64,000 nucleotides of DNA from contig JAHRHZ010000022.1 in the NCBI GenBank assembly GCA_024137785.1, positions 31,518,024 to 31,582,023 of the forward strand, written 5' to 3'. The notes beneath the pieces are model-generated. The model searched no databases and was not told where the DNA came from. It was given only the letters and a program-made list of their open reading frames with translations. The translations under genes and the position numbers were made by a program. This DNA is from Ginglymostoma cirratum. Its lineage: Eukaryota. Position 1 is the first letter of the stretch; the number at the start of each line of letters is the position of its first letter. This document shows positions 1-11,700 of the stretch, piece after piece.

Positions 1-44
1 GCTCTGTGAGATAGCAGTGCTAACTATTAAGCCACCGTGTCGCC
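1..44 (-). mobile_element. 5' head of HE1-type tRNA-derived (V-)SINE, continuing off the window edge
   Basis: Reverse complement reads GGCGACACGGTGGCTTAATAGTTAGCACTGCTATCTCACAGAGC, an A-box-containing tRNA-like head that matches the head of the full copy at 26023-26373. Confidence 0.75.
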
Positions 45-677
45 TTATGGTCTGAACCATTCTTATGCTATTTCCCTGGAACCATCATGTGTTTCAGGCA
101 CATTGCCTTTGCAAATTTGGGGCATAACCACGGTTACAGCGTCTCACAGGGACGATCACGTTACTAATGTTTCGTGGAGAATAATCCAGATTATAAAATC
201 ACACGGTGGTTAATTACATTCGTGAAGCTGCTTGGGGGATAACCAAGTTTGTGGTGGGGATATACAATATCATTTAGAAATTTGACTTGAGGTATGGAGT
301 AAATGGTCTAATATTTTGAAGGTTTACATCATGTAATCTTTTGGGCTTTCTGATTTTCATTAAGTGTAGTTTCTGGTGCAATTCCATTTGTATCAAATGT
401 TCATGACAGGATGCTAAAATAAATTTCTGAAGGTTCATTTCAGAATTTTTGGCAGATTAACCCCCTTCCAATTACCAGCAACTTTAACCAAATGATAGGA
501 ATTTTTAATTTTGTTTTTCAAATTAAACATGCATCAAAATCACATTTATTAGGGAAGGAATTATGAACTATATTCAATTTTTCCGAAGTGTGAAAAATAG
601 TTGAGCCAGGTTCTAAACAATAAAGTTCGTATTTTTGTCACTTTATACAAACAAAATTAAACACAAATACTTTCTCT

Positions 678-1088
678 TATTTATTCATGGGAAATGGGCA
701 TCACTGGCTGGGCAGCATTTATTGCCAGTCGCTAGTAGCCCTGGAGATGGTGGTACTGAGCTGCCTTTTTGAACCAGCGCAGTCTACGTGCTGCAGGTTG
801 ACCCACAGTGCCCTGAGGGTGGGAGTTCCTGGATTTTGACCCAGTGACAGTGAAGGAATGGTGATATATTTCCAAGTAAGGATGGTGAGTGGCTTGGAAA
901 GGAACTTGCAGATGTGATGTTCCCATGTATCTGCTGCCCTTGTCCTTCGAGATGGAAGAGGTCGTGGGTTTGGAAGGTGCTGTCTAAGGATCTTTGAATT
1001 TCTGTAGCGCGTCTTGTAGTTAATACACAGTGCTACTACTGAGTGTCGATGTTGGAGGGAATGGATGCTTGTGGATGTCATGCCAACC
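678..1088 (-). mobile_element. 3' end of CR1-clade LINE (family B), ORF2 C-terminus plus 3' tail
   Basis: Minus-strand frames give SIHSLQHRHSV..LRQHLPNPRPLPSRRTRAADTWEH and QVPFQATHHPYLEIYHHSFTVTGSKSRNS..RWFKKAAQYHHLQG (LINE ORF2 C-terminus). Tail GCAATAAATGCTGCCCAGCCAGTGATGCCCATTTCCCATGAATAAA recurs at 13310 and 37255. Confidence 0.85.
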
Positions 1089-2699
1089 ACAAAGTTGTAT
1101 GTGTGTAGATTGTAATTTGACTTTTGAGAATTTGTTGGTCTTCAGGTTTAAAGCAATTAAGGATAGTTTTACGGAACACTGTTCTGTTCATTGGACTTTT
1201 GTCTTCTGAAGTGGTGAATCAATGCAAGTGGTTTGCAGCTTTTTTTAGCTTGTAATCCCTGTGCATTCTCTTGTAAACTGAAATTATTTGTCTTAAAAAT
1301 CAATAGGGCACAGTTTTCTGAACTCTCATTACTGTAATGTACTGACATGATATGACAGACCTGAAAGCCTTGTGTTGGCACATACTTTGTATGATTTATT
1401 ACGTATTCCAATAGAGTAAACTATCTCCACTTGGAATGAGTAATTTTGTGTTTATTATGATTAAGTGATTGTACACTGACACTTAGGCAACTTACAAATT
1501 AGAATGAATGAACTGGCTCAGGTTTGGGTTTTATTTAGTTTTATTTATTGAGCTAAGACCAATATATACCCTTCAGTTATAAACTGTGACTTCTCATCAT
1601 TTCCCACCCTAATTCTATGAAATGGCTCCTGAAGATGGCATCACTTGTGCAATAGGCATCCAGAATAACTGCTCCCACTGCATTTTTCAATGATATCTTT
1701 AAGGTTCTCCTCCAGGCACAAAGGACTAAATATGACTCCAGAGTCTAGAAAAAGGCAATGAGGGTCCAAAATGATTGGTGATGCATGTATTCCCATCCCA
1801 CAATGAACGTTTGCCAAGCGCAATATTGGTATGGGTCCAAGCCTGCAGGTTGCACAACAGAGATATTCTGCAAGTGCATTATTATAGTAAAGAAGGACAG
1901 TCCATTTTTAAAACTTGGCCTGATGTGAATCTATCACATGACAAACTGATAAAGTAAGTGGCAGGTCTAGTACTTAGCAGTACCCTGCAGGGGTCTTTCC
2001 CTCCATCGTCCTGTTGGGGAGTAAATCAACTTCTGAGTCTTTCTGTAGAAATTTTCTCTATTCAATTACTACCATTATAAGTTGTGGAAATAACATTGGC
2101 GTGGAGCTGGGCGGTTTGCCTTACAGTTATTTGATTTCACTCACAAGGAGTGTCTGGTAGGTCTGCTTTTGAGGTGCAGATAGGAAACGAGGCTATACGA
2201 AGCCTAGCTCTCAGGAGATGTTTCAAATCTCGACCCGATCAGGCATCAACATTTGAGATGCTTGTGCTTCATCAAAGAAACTGTCTCAAAGCTATGTCAC
2301 CTACCGCAGCATTGACTGCACAGCCTTGGCTTTCAAAGGTCATATGGCTGTTACCATTTATATCACCGGTTCCAGTAGAGGACAACAATGGCATATCCCA
2401 GTTTTCTCTACACTGTTGTATTTTTCACATCACCAAAGCTCTCTTCTTCAGAAGATACACTGAAATCTCCTGCCCTGTGGACGATGCATAGCAGGACAAG
2501 CCTACGTTGGCTTTCCAAGCATTGCAGGTTTTCTCATTATACAGAGGTAATAATCTTCTCCCTCAATTGAAAACAGGTTTATCAATCCCTCAATTTCCAC
2601 CCGGTTTGCAGCCTTAAGCAGCATACCATGCAAGCCTGTGTAACAGCCATGAATCATTCAATCCTGTACGTGTCAGCTTTCCTGACTCGATTCCAAGTC

Positions 2700-3013
2700 G
2701 AATGTCAAGTCAAATGCTGATAACTTGATGTTAGAGAAAATACCTTAAATTGCAGTCTGAAAGAGATACATCTGACTGTGTGATCTGTTAATGAGACACA
2801 GTATAATCATCTCAAGAAGGGATGCATTGTCATATCATCTTGTGTTCTGTCTTGCAGCCTTGTGGCATGATGAAGTGATAGTAACATGCTTCTTAAATAA
2901 AGTTAATGTTTTCCTTACCTAGGCAGTCTCTCTAATTTCTTTTCAGGCAGCACAATGTGATCACAAATACAATGTGGTGGCACAATGCAACCACAAATAC
3001 AATATGGTGGCAG
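2700..3013 (+). mobile_element. Possible Gypsy-type LTR 3' half followed by PBS-like sequence
   Basis: AATAAA at ~2896, then ...AAATACAATA followed by TGGTGGCAG, resembling an LTR end plus primer-binding site. No partner LTR or gag/pol is recognisable. Confidence 0.3.
2950..3012. repeat. 30-bp tandem duplication (2 copies)
   Basis: GCACAATGTGATCACAAATACAATGTGGTG (2950-2979) and GCACAATGCAACCACAAATACAATATGGTG (2980-3009). Confidence 0.85.
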
Positions 3014-3467
3014 AAAATAGAAGCAGGTCGTAAATTAAGCAGCTGAGTGTTTGAAACGGCATAGGATTTTCACAAGGTATCATTTTGCATGTATATCTGG
3101 TCATGCTATGTCAGAGTTCTTGGACTGACCCATCTCTTAACATAAAAGAATAAATAATCTACCATAACATCTCCTCTCAGTTCACAGTACTGACTGAGAA
3201 TGAGACGGTATGGTATGTGTGCTGGCCAAACTTTTTGACACTGTTTTCTCTGATCTGAGTACATTGTTCATCAGATTTCGGTGCATTGCTAATTTCACTC
3301 AGTTGTTGTGCTGTTGCTGATAAGACTTGTGGTTGTTGTCACTCTAAACTTCTCCATCTCTCCAACGAAAATTACATTGTTCTCCTCTAAGCCTTGATGT
3401 TACCTCCCCTGAATCGCTGTGTAGCATTTGCTATAGTCTCTTGTGTTTTTGCTATATATTCTGGGTT

Positions 3468-3715
3468 TGTTATGATTCTAGCAGATGGTATCACTGGACA
3501 AGTCAGATCCCAAACTAAAATTTGCCTTGACAGATCATTTTTTTTAAGTTGTTATTTAATGTGCTGGTCTTTCATTGAAACACAAACATGCAACGATTCG
3601 GGTCTGGTTTCAATAATAAGACAGCAGTTTATTATATATAAGAAAAGAAGGATAAAAGAATACTCCAAGCTATTTACATAATGCAAATTAAAAGATTTCG
3701 AAACGGACAGGAATG
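3468..3715 (-). mobile_element. Possible LTR 3' fragment
   Basis: The minus strand ends in ...CATAACA with an internal AATAAA (plus-strand TTTATT ~3628), typical of LTR R/U5 ends. The other end is not visible. Confidence 0.3.
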
Positions 3716-3719
3716 GCTT

Positions 3720-4345
3720 CTGTGGAGACACTGCAATCTGATGCGAGCCTAGTTCTGCCACTTGCTGTATCCAGAAGATTTGCTACTGCAGGGACATCCC
3801 AGTTATCCTTGGCTCTGGTACCATCTTTAAAAGGCCACCGTGTACCCAGACTGGCACTGTCCAGACCTTCCCTGCACGGTCGATACCATGTGCTTTGCAC
3901 ATTGCAGATAAGGATCCTTGTTTTGTGAACAGGGACCTGGTGGATGGGGTGGAGCAGTGAAGGGACATGCTCTTCTCAAAGTACCAGTGGATGAGGCCAC
4001 TCCACCAGATCCTGACCTGTGATGTTGCCACCTCACATTCTATGAGTTTCTGCTACCACACCTACCTCCCAACAAAGCTTATACTCTACCTTTCTGACCA
4101 TTGCATGAAATATCTTGTCTCACCCACCACAACCCTTCACACCTATATGCCTTCTGTGCTTTGGCAGGGATTTTTTTCTGAATCCAGGTGGCATTTACTT
4201 TCTTTGAGCCTGAGGGAGGAAGTGAACGTCCCTGAGATGCAGCCTGGTCCATTCCGTGGGCTGCATCTCTGGCCCTGTACGCAAAGTGACCTTGCAGCAG
4301 CATTGTCATCATAGCTGCTGGGGCACCTTGAGGTGCAATTTCAGA
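3720..4345 (-). mobile_element. Degraded internal fragment, probably PIF/Harbinger Myb-gene 3' region
   Basis: GC-richer than its flanks, with patchy resemblance to 32360-32700 of the Harbinger relic (GCTACTG, GTACC..CTGGCACTG, GAGGAAGTGA). Confidence 0.3.
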
Positions 4346-4389
4346 ATACAGAAGTGAATAAGTAGTAATTTGGAGATATGCTTTGATGA

Positions 4390-7300
4390 TGCAGATAGGC
4401 CATCAAATTTCTAATGCCATGGTTTGTAGTATTGGATGTTTTGGGACTGGATCTGAGGAAGATGAGACCAGTGCTTGGCCGATATCCTCGGGGGTAAGCT
4501 TGATAGTTCTTTAAGATAGAGTTTAAGCTAAAATGGCGGGAGGTGTGAACCTGAACAAGGAGAAACAGAAGAAGGTAACAGTGGTAGAAATAAAAGACAG
4601 AAAAGTGAGAAGCGAAAGTGGAAGGCAGAAAAATTGATGGCAAGAACCAATGGGACCATTGTAAAAAATAAAGCAAAGATGACTAAGAAAGTTAAAAGGA
4701 CACGTCTAAAAGCATTGTGCCCTAATGCGTGGAGCATTCGCAATACAGCAGATGAATAATGAACAGAAAAAGATACACACAGTTCTATTGCAGTTATAAT
4801 TACAGAGACATAGTTTAAGGTGACCAAGGATGGAAAGAAAACATCCAGGGGTTTTCAAGAATTAAGAAAGAGAGACAAAGCGAGAGAAGAGGTAAGGCAA
4901 TAATGTTAGTAAATGAGTTTTCAATGCAATAATGAGGAAGGATATCGGCTCAGAAAAACATGATGTAGAGTTGGAGGTAAGAATTACCAAGACACAGAAA
5001 ACATTGGTGGAGATTCTCTGTTGGGCCCTGAACCTTGGCAGAAATTTAAGGAAAGGCATTAAACAGGAGATGAAAGACTTCTGCAATGAAGGTACAACTA
5101 CAATCATGAGCAACTTTAATCTATATATAGATTGGACAACTAGACAACAAGCTATTCTAGACTTGATATTGTGCAATGAGAAAAGATGAATTGATAATCT
5201 CGTTGTGTAGGGCAGAACAGAAATAAAATGATAACATTGTTCATTAAGGTGGAGAGAGAAGAATTTGAACCCAAAACTAGGGTCCTGAATCTAAATAAAG
5301 GGAATTATAAGGGTTTGAGGTGTAAACTGGCAATGGCTTATTAAAAGAGTTACCAGTGGATAAACAATGGCTAATATTAAGAACACATATACACTTTACA
5401 CAATTATTCATTCTCTTTTGATTCCTTGTTCATTCCTTATTCATTATTGGTGCAGTAATGAAACAAGGTTTATGAAAGAAATCAAGGATAGTATTAGATT
5501 CAAAGCAGAGACAAATAAAATTGCCAGAGAAAGCAGCAAGCCTGAAGTCTGGCAGGGGTTTCGGATTCAGCAAAAGAAAATTGATTGGTGGGGGGAGTCG
5601 GGTGTGTTGGGGTAAGAGTGTGAGACTAAACTTATAAGGAACATAAATACTGATTGTAAAAGCTTCTATAAATATGTGAGGAGCAGAAGAAACTTTTATG
5701 AGGAACAAAGAACTGACAGAAGATTTGAACACACATTTTGTTCCGTCTTCACAAACGATAAAACAAATAATTTCCCAGAAATGTCAGGGAGCCAAAGGTC
5801 TTATGAGAGGGAAGAGTGCGAAAAGAAATCATTATTTGTTAAAGACAAAGGTCTCAAGAAATGAATGGTGTTAAAGGCTGACAAATTCCCAGGGCCTGAT
5901 AATCTGCATCTAGGTTACTAAAGGAAGTAGCCATGGAGTTATTGTTTGCTTTGGTGACCGTCTTCCAAAATTCTTTAGACTCTGGCGTAGTTTCCACAGA
6001 TTGAAGGGTGGCAAATGTAACTCCACTATTTAAAGAAGGAGGGAGAGAACAAAATAAAGAATTACAGACCAATAATCATAATATCTGTGATGGGAAAATG
6101 TTACAGTCTATTATAAAAGATGTCATGAAACAACATTTGGAAAGCATTATTAGAAAAAGACAAAGATGGCATGAGTTTGAAACCGAAATCAAACTTAATT
6201 AATTTTCTGGGCCTTGTTGAGCTTTTAACTAGTTGAATAGATGAGGAAGAACCAATGGATGTGGTGTATTTGGATTTCAGGCATGTTTTTGATGAGGTCC
6301 CACATGACAGGCTAATAGTCACAACTGAAGCACAGGGGATTGGAGACAATACACTGGTATGGATTGAAAATTGGTTGACAGATCGGAAGCAAAGGGTGGA
6401 AATAAATGGCTCTTTTTCTGGGTATCGGGCAGAGATTAGTAGATCAGCGCTTGGGCCCCAGCTATTCGTGATATAGGGTTATTGGCAAGTGTCTTTTCCC
6501 TTGGATGAGAAATTCCAAGACCAGATGGCACATTTTTAAGGTGAGAGGTTAGAGATTTAGAAAGACGTAAGGGATGGTTCATGTATGGAATGAACTGCCT
6601 GAGGAAGTGGTGTATGTGAGTACAATTATAATGCTTAAAAGACATTGGGATAAGTACATGAACAGGCAAGGTTTGGACGGATAGGACCCAGGAGCAAGAA
6701 GGCGGGACTAGTTTAGGTTGGAGCTATGTTTGGCATGGACTGGTTAGACTGAAGGATCTGTCTTACTTGGTTGGTGGAACCAAATGTAATATTTTAAAGT
6801 TTGCTGTGGCTGAGATAATGAATTGTATGGAAACTGCAAGGAAGCTTCAAGTTGTTTGAGATAAGTTGAGTGTGTGGGCAACACATGGCAGGTGCAATAC
6901 TAGATGGATAAATGTAAAGTTATACACTTTGGTGTGAAAATCAAAAAGGCAGAGTACTACTTAAATCATAACATATTGAGGAATGTGTAAATATAAAGGC
7001 ATCTGGGTGTCCCTGTACCCTAATCAACGAAATTAAACAGGCATGTGCAGCATGCGATTCGGAGGATAATCGTGTGTTAGCCTTTGTTGCAAGAGGATTT
7101 CAGTTCAGAAGCAGGTATGTCTTATTGTAGTTATGCAGGACCTTGTTAAAACTGCACCTGGTGTGTTGCGTGTAGTTTTGGTCTCGTTACCCAAGAGAGG
7201 ATATACTTGCCATTGAGACGACAGGATTGTTGTATGAGGAGAGATTGGTTCAACGGGGTCTGTATTCACTACAGTTTAGAAGAGTGAGAAGGAATCTGAT

Positions 7301-7670
7301 CAAAACGTATAAAATTCCAACAACACTAGACAGACTAGATGCAAGGAGGACGATTTTCCTGATTTGGGAAGCTAGAACCGAAGGTCACAGGCTCAGAATG
7401 TGTGGTAAACCATTTAAGGTGGATTTGAGGCACCATTTCTTCACCCAGTTGGTAGTCAGCCCCTGTCAAGTTCTCTATCACAGAAGGCTGTGGAGGCTGG
7501 GTCATTGAGTGTGTTCGAGAAAGAGATTAACATCTAAAAATGTATCAATGGCAACAAGGGATATGGAAAGGAAGCTGGCAAATGGTGTTGAGATAGAGGA
7601 TCAGCCATGATCAAATTGAATGGCAGCACACGCCCAAAGGGTCATATAGCCCATTCCTACTTCTAAATTC
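4390..7670 (+). mobile_element. Long decayed CR1 LINE (family A): end of ORF1, APE endonuclease, RT, 3' UTR
   Basis: LKALCPNAWSIRN and ITET (APE, ~4707-4812), NFNLYIDW, QQAILDLILCNE, ANVTPLFKEGGRE, MDVVYLDFRHVFDEVPHDRL..WIENWLTDRKQRVEING (RT), YEERLVQRGLYSLQFRRVRRNLIKTYKI, and a CR1 tail ending ~7670. Many stops and frameshifts. Confidence 0.92.
6476..6742 (+). mobile_element. 3' end of a second CR1 (HER1-like) nested in the RT of the long CR1
   Basis: The host frame PQLFVI stops at 6476 and resumes ~6745 as a degenerate DL..GTKCNI.KFA. Between them lies a CR1 3' UTR (AAGACCAGATGGCACATTTTTAAGGTGAGAG..GGCATGGACTGGTTAGACTGAAGGATCTGT). Confidence 0.8.
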
Positions 7671-7674
7671 AATG

Positions 7675-8030
7675 GTTGACCTGGTGTGAGCAGCATTTAA
7701 AAACGTGAGTTCCACACTTCTGTTGCCCTTCATACGTAGAGTTGTTTCCTGGTTTACTCCTGAAAAGTCTGGCTTTAATTTTGAGACCGAAGGCCTACAC
7801 TTCCCAAACAGCAACAATAGTTTATTCCTATCTACCCCATCTGTTTTCCTCAATATCTTGAAAACTTTGAATAAATCACCCCTTAACTTTCTAAATTCCT
7901 GGGAATTCAACACTAATTTGTGTATTTTTTCCTTGTAAGTCCCTGGTGATCAGATAATCTTCTGATAAATCTGTGCTGTATTCTCTCTAAAATGAATCGA
8001 GCTTTCCAAGATGTGGTGCTTAGAACAGTG
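7675..8030 (-). mobile_element. CR1 LINE 3' fragment, tail-to-tail with the preceding copy
   Basis: ORF 7611-7913(-) LNSQEFRKLRGDLFKVFKILRKTDGVDRNKL resembles the CR1 C-terminal LFSLE.RRLRGDLIEVFKI motif. Confidence 0.8.
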
Positions 8031-8599
8031 TCCCTGTGTTTTCTTTAAGAGAATTCACCGAAGTGCAGGCTGATAAAATTCAATTTGAAAAATACAAATG
8101 TTAGAAAAAAATGCAAGTGATTAAAAGTAAATGAATGTCATCTTTAAATGTATGTGTTGACTTAATGCCCGTATAACTTTGCAGATATTAGATAGCACTT
8201 AAAGGAGTCTTCAGTGGCAAACGTTAGAAACCACTTACCGTTACCTTGTATTTGAATGTTATCCTAGTGTTTAAAATCTGACATTTGGCATTTAGACATT
8301 GTAATGCCATTGTTTCATATCTAATGGTGTCATTATGGTTGGGAGTGACATTGTGATTACATGTTGTGTTATTTTGAATCACACCTTTCTGTAGAATTTT
8401 GGTCCCAAAGGGAATGTGCACTGCTGATATTAAAAATAAACTGACGTAAAAATGGAGGAATTGGCTTGTTCTAGGAAGTATATAGTTGGATATTTAGCTA
8501 TTAAAGATATTTCTCCATGTTGTCTTGAAATGCTCCATTTTTTTTCTCTCTGTTCATGACATTTGAATACCTCCACAAACTTGCTCGTTCTTCTCTAGT

Positions 8600-9413
8600 G
8601 GAACAAATGGCGCAGAGCTACTGAGCTTGGGGTTCTGTCCATTCCGTTCTTTATTCTTTTAGTTTCTTTTTACTTCTTTTCTCTCTTCCCTCATCTTCTT
8701 TTCCTTTTTTCTGTCTTATTTTACTTAGCTCTTGTTGAAGAGCTGGGTTGAGCTGACGGTATCAGCGATGGCAAGTAGGCCCATCGCAGACTCATGGTGG
8801 TTGGCGAGTGGGCCTGGCACAGACTCATGGCGGTGGCATCGGAGTGAGATTGAGTTCCCGGTGGCTTCTGCATTGGCGAGGCCGTCCTGGTGCTGACTCA
8901 TGGTTGCTGCAGAGGAGGTAAGTTTGAGTTCCTGGTGATGTCTGTGTCCAGTGCAGATTCTTGGAGATGGTGGCAGAGGCGAGTTTAGGCTGAGCACAAG
9001 ACCAGGGGGCAGCAGCTGAATCAGCGAGGTGGGCCCGAAGCAGACTCACGGTAGTGGCGAAGTCGGGTTTAGGCCGATGGGGTACCTGTTGGCATCAGTG
9101 GCGCCTGCATTGACAAGGCCCAGTGAGACTCATAGTGATGAAGGCATTGGTGGAGGTGAGATGACGCTAAAGGGTGGCAGCTTTCTTGCCAGCGCCAACC
9201 TGGCCCCTAGGCCCAGGGCCCACGACGGAGCACTTAACAAGAAGGATTGTAAAGTTGAACACGTTTTCTTCATTTCTTTATTCTTCTGCCTTTATATTCT
9301 ATGTTTTGGTTTATTTCTCTGTGTTTTAAGATGGCGCCATAGAGTAGCAACGTTATACAATATTTTTCACCATATTTTGCAACAAAATACACATGACAAT
9401 AAATGAATCAAAT
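8600..9413 (+). mobile_element. Composite non-autonomous retroelement: pyrimidine-rich head, GC-rich degenerate tandem repeats, LINE-like 3' tail
   Basis: T/C-rich at 8645-8725. GACTCAY(G/A)G recurs at 8789, 8822, 8895, 9043 and 9127. The end AAGATGGCGCC..TTTTCACC..CATGACAATAAATGAATCAAAT is similar to 16390-16484. Confidence 0.55.
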
Positions 9414-9689
9414 AACATCAGATAAAGTTACACTGCAGGCTTTTCTCCTCGAGGTTCCTAGGTACGAATGAAAAAGTTTACTTTGAAGCTTCAGTGTAAT
9501 AATTTAAAAGGAAAACAAACATCACAGTCAGGCCAAATGTGATTTATTTTCCCCAGGTTACTAGATCAACGTTCATGTTCAAGGTTTCGGTTCCACGCTT
9601 GCTAAATTCTTACTAACGATGGATATTGATATGAGCAACAGTGTTTATCATGTAAACGTGAAGTAGTGACTTAAATTTCCATTTATCAG

Positions 9690-11135
9690 TTGACGCACTG
9701 GTAGTAATTTTGGAAAAGTTCCAGAGGATTGGGAGTTTTACAATGGAGCACCTTTATTTCAAAAAGGAAGGACACAAAAGACAGGTAACTATAAACCAGT
9801 TAATGCAACACATGTTATTGGGACAACATTAGAGTATATTTTGAAGGATGTAATAACAGACCATTTAGAAATTAAGAGTACGATCAAGAAATATGACTTC
9901 ACGGAGGGGAATCATGCCTGACGACAAATTTACAAGAATTTTTTGAGGAGACAGCAAGCAGGATAGATAAAGGGGTAGTTGTGGATGTCATGTATTTGGA
10001 TTTTGCGAAGTTGTTTGATAAAGTATCGCATGTTTGACTGTTTAATAAAATAAGAGTGCATGGTGTTGGAGGTAGTGTGTGAGAATTGATAGAGGGTCGA
10101 CTAACTGGTAGAAGTCAGAGTTGGGTTAAGGAGGACATTTTCAGGATGGCAACCTATATCTAGTGGAGTACCACAGAGCCTGGGGCCACAATTATTTAGA
10201 ATATATGTTAATGACTTAGACGAGGAAAATTAATGTACTGTCAACGAGTTTGCAGATGACACTAAAATAAGTGGGAGGGAAGTGGTGTGAATACCAAAGG
10301 GTCTGCAGAGGGCCATAGACAATGTTAAGCAATTGGGCCAGTACTTAGCAGATGGACAATAATGTGAGGAAAATGTGAGTTATGCATTTTGGCAGGAAGA
10401 GTAGATGAGGTGAATATTGTCTCAATGAAAGGACTGCAGATAGCTACAGCACAGATGAGTTTGAAAGTCCTCGTGTTTGAATCATGAGAAGCTAGCATCC
10501 AAGTTCAGTGGTCAAGGGGGAAGACAAATTGGATACTGACCTTTGTTTCAATGGGAAAGGAGTGTAAAGATAATGAGGGTTTATGAAAACTGGAAAAGGC
10601 GGTAGTCCAATCACAGCTAGAATACTATAAGGAACTTTGGATGACTTATCCAAGGAAAGATATACTGGCATTGGAAGCAGTCCAGAGAAGGTTTACTAGT
10701 CTGATCCTGGGTATGGAAGGATAGTTATACGAGCAGAGGTTGAGTAGATTGGGCCTGTGCTCATCGGAATTTAGAACCTTCTTGTAACAAGGGGACTTAA
10801 CAGGGTAAGTGTGGAGAGGTGTTTCCCCTTGTGGGAGAGTCAGGGACCAGTGGGCATAATTTCAGAGTAAGTTGTTCCTCATTTAAAACAGAGATGAGGA
10901 GGAATCTGTTTCTTCAGAAGGTGGTGAATCTGTGGAATTCTTTACCACAGAACATTGTCAACTATTCGAGGCTGAGATAGACAGATTTTTGATTAGTAAC
11001 AGAATCCAGGGTTGGGAGAAAAGGCAGGAAAATGGATTTGAAGATGTTTAGGTCAGCTACGATCTCATTGAATGATGGAACAGGTTTGATGGGCTGAACG
11101 GCTCACTTCTGCTCCTACATCTTATTGTCTTATGT
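9690..11135 (+). mobile_element. 5'-truncated CR1 LINE (RT to 3' tail)
   Basis: GNYKPV, VDVMYLDFAKLFDKVSH, YVNDLDE..FADDTKI, ALEAVQRRFTSLI; CR1 tail GGGCTGAACGGCTCACTTCTGCTCCTACATCTTATTGTCTTATG. Confidence 0.92.
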
Positions 11136-11299
11136 TTAAAGTGAGCTTTACAGTCGTCACTGCATGTTGGGAGAAGCAAATCTAGAAGATGGCTGGAAAA
11201 AGTTATAGAACTATTTGAATCCTCAAAATGTCTGCTTTGGGACTTTTGGAAACCTTTGTTCTAGAAATTATAATCCTACCTAAAATTGCATTTTTTTCC

Positions 11300-11700
11300 A
11301 CATTGAGTGCCTGCTTTGTTAAACACCCCTGTTCAGTTTGCGTGCCTGACCCTGAGCTACCAGTCACCTCTCCACCTTACACTTGCACTGACCCCTCTTT
11401 CCTCCGCCTTCTGCAATATTTCAATGAAGCTCAATGTAAACTCGAGAAACAGCACCTCATCTTTTGGATCAGCATTTCTGGACACAACATTGAGTACATC
11501 AATTTCGAACGTGATCCATGTTACCAATTTTGAAAACTTTTTTGGTCATTTATCTCTTCTGTCTTCCACCCAATCAGAGACTTTCCATTTTGTTCTCTGG
11601 TCCATGTTCTCCTTTCCTCAAACTTTTCCCAGTTTTGATGAAAGGTCATTGGCATGAAACTAACTGTTTCTCTGTCCATAGAGCTGATAGAACTATTAAT
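11300..11700 (+). mobile_element. Penelope-like element 3' end: GIY-YIG endonuclease C-terminus plus pseudo-LTR with degenerate hammerhead
   Basis: ORF 11228-11533 contains DPELPV..LRLLQYFNEAQCKLEKQHLIFWI..GHNIEYINF, like the vertebrate PLE C-terminus (PVA.HF..RKLEEQHLIF.L..GLNIEF). It is followed at ~11631-11665 by AGTT-TTGATGA-AAGGTCATTGGCAT-GAAAC-T-AACT. Confidence 0.8.

Noticed and set aside
1530-2700. Possible very old L1/Tx1-like ORF2 remnant on the minus strand (QDDGGKDP..ATYFISL)
   Set aside because: Only a faint motif resemblance; cannot be supported without a translated search.
8760-9140. Regularly recurring GACTCA units as a CRISPR-like array
   Set aside because: Units are degenerate and irregularly spaced, in vertebrate repeat context with no cas genes.
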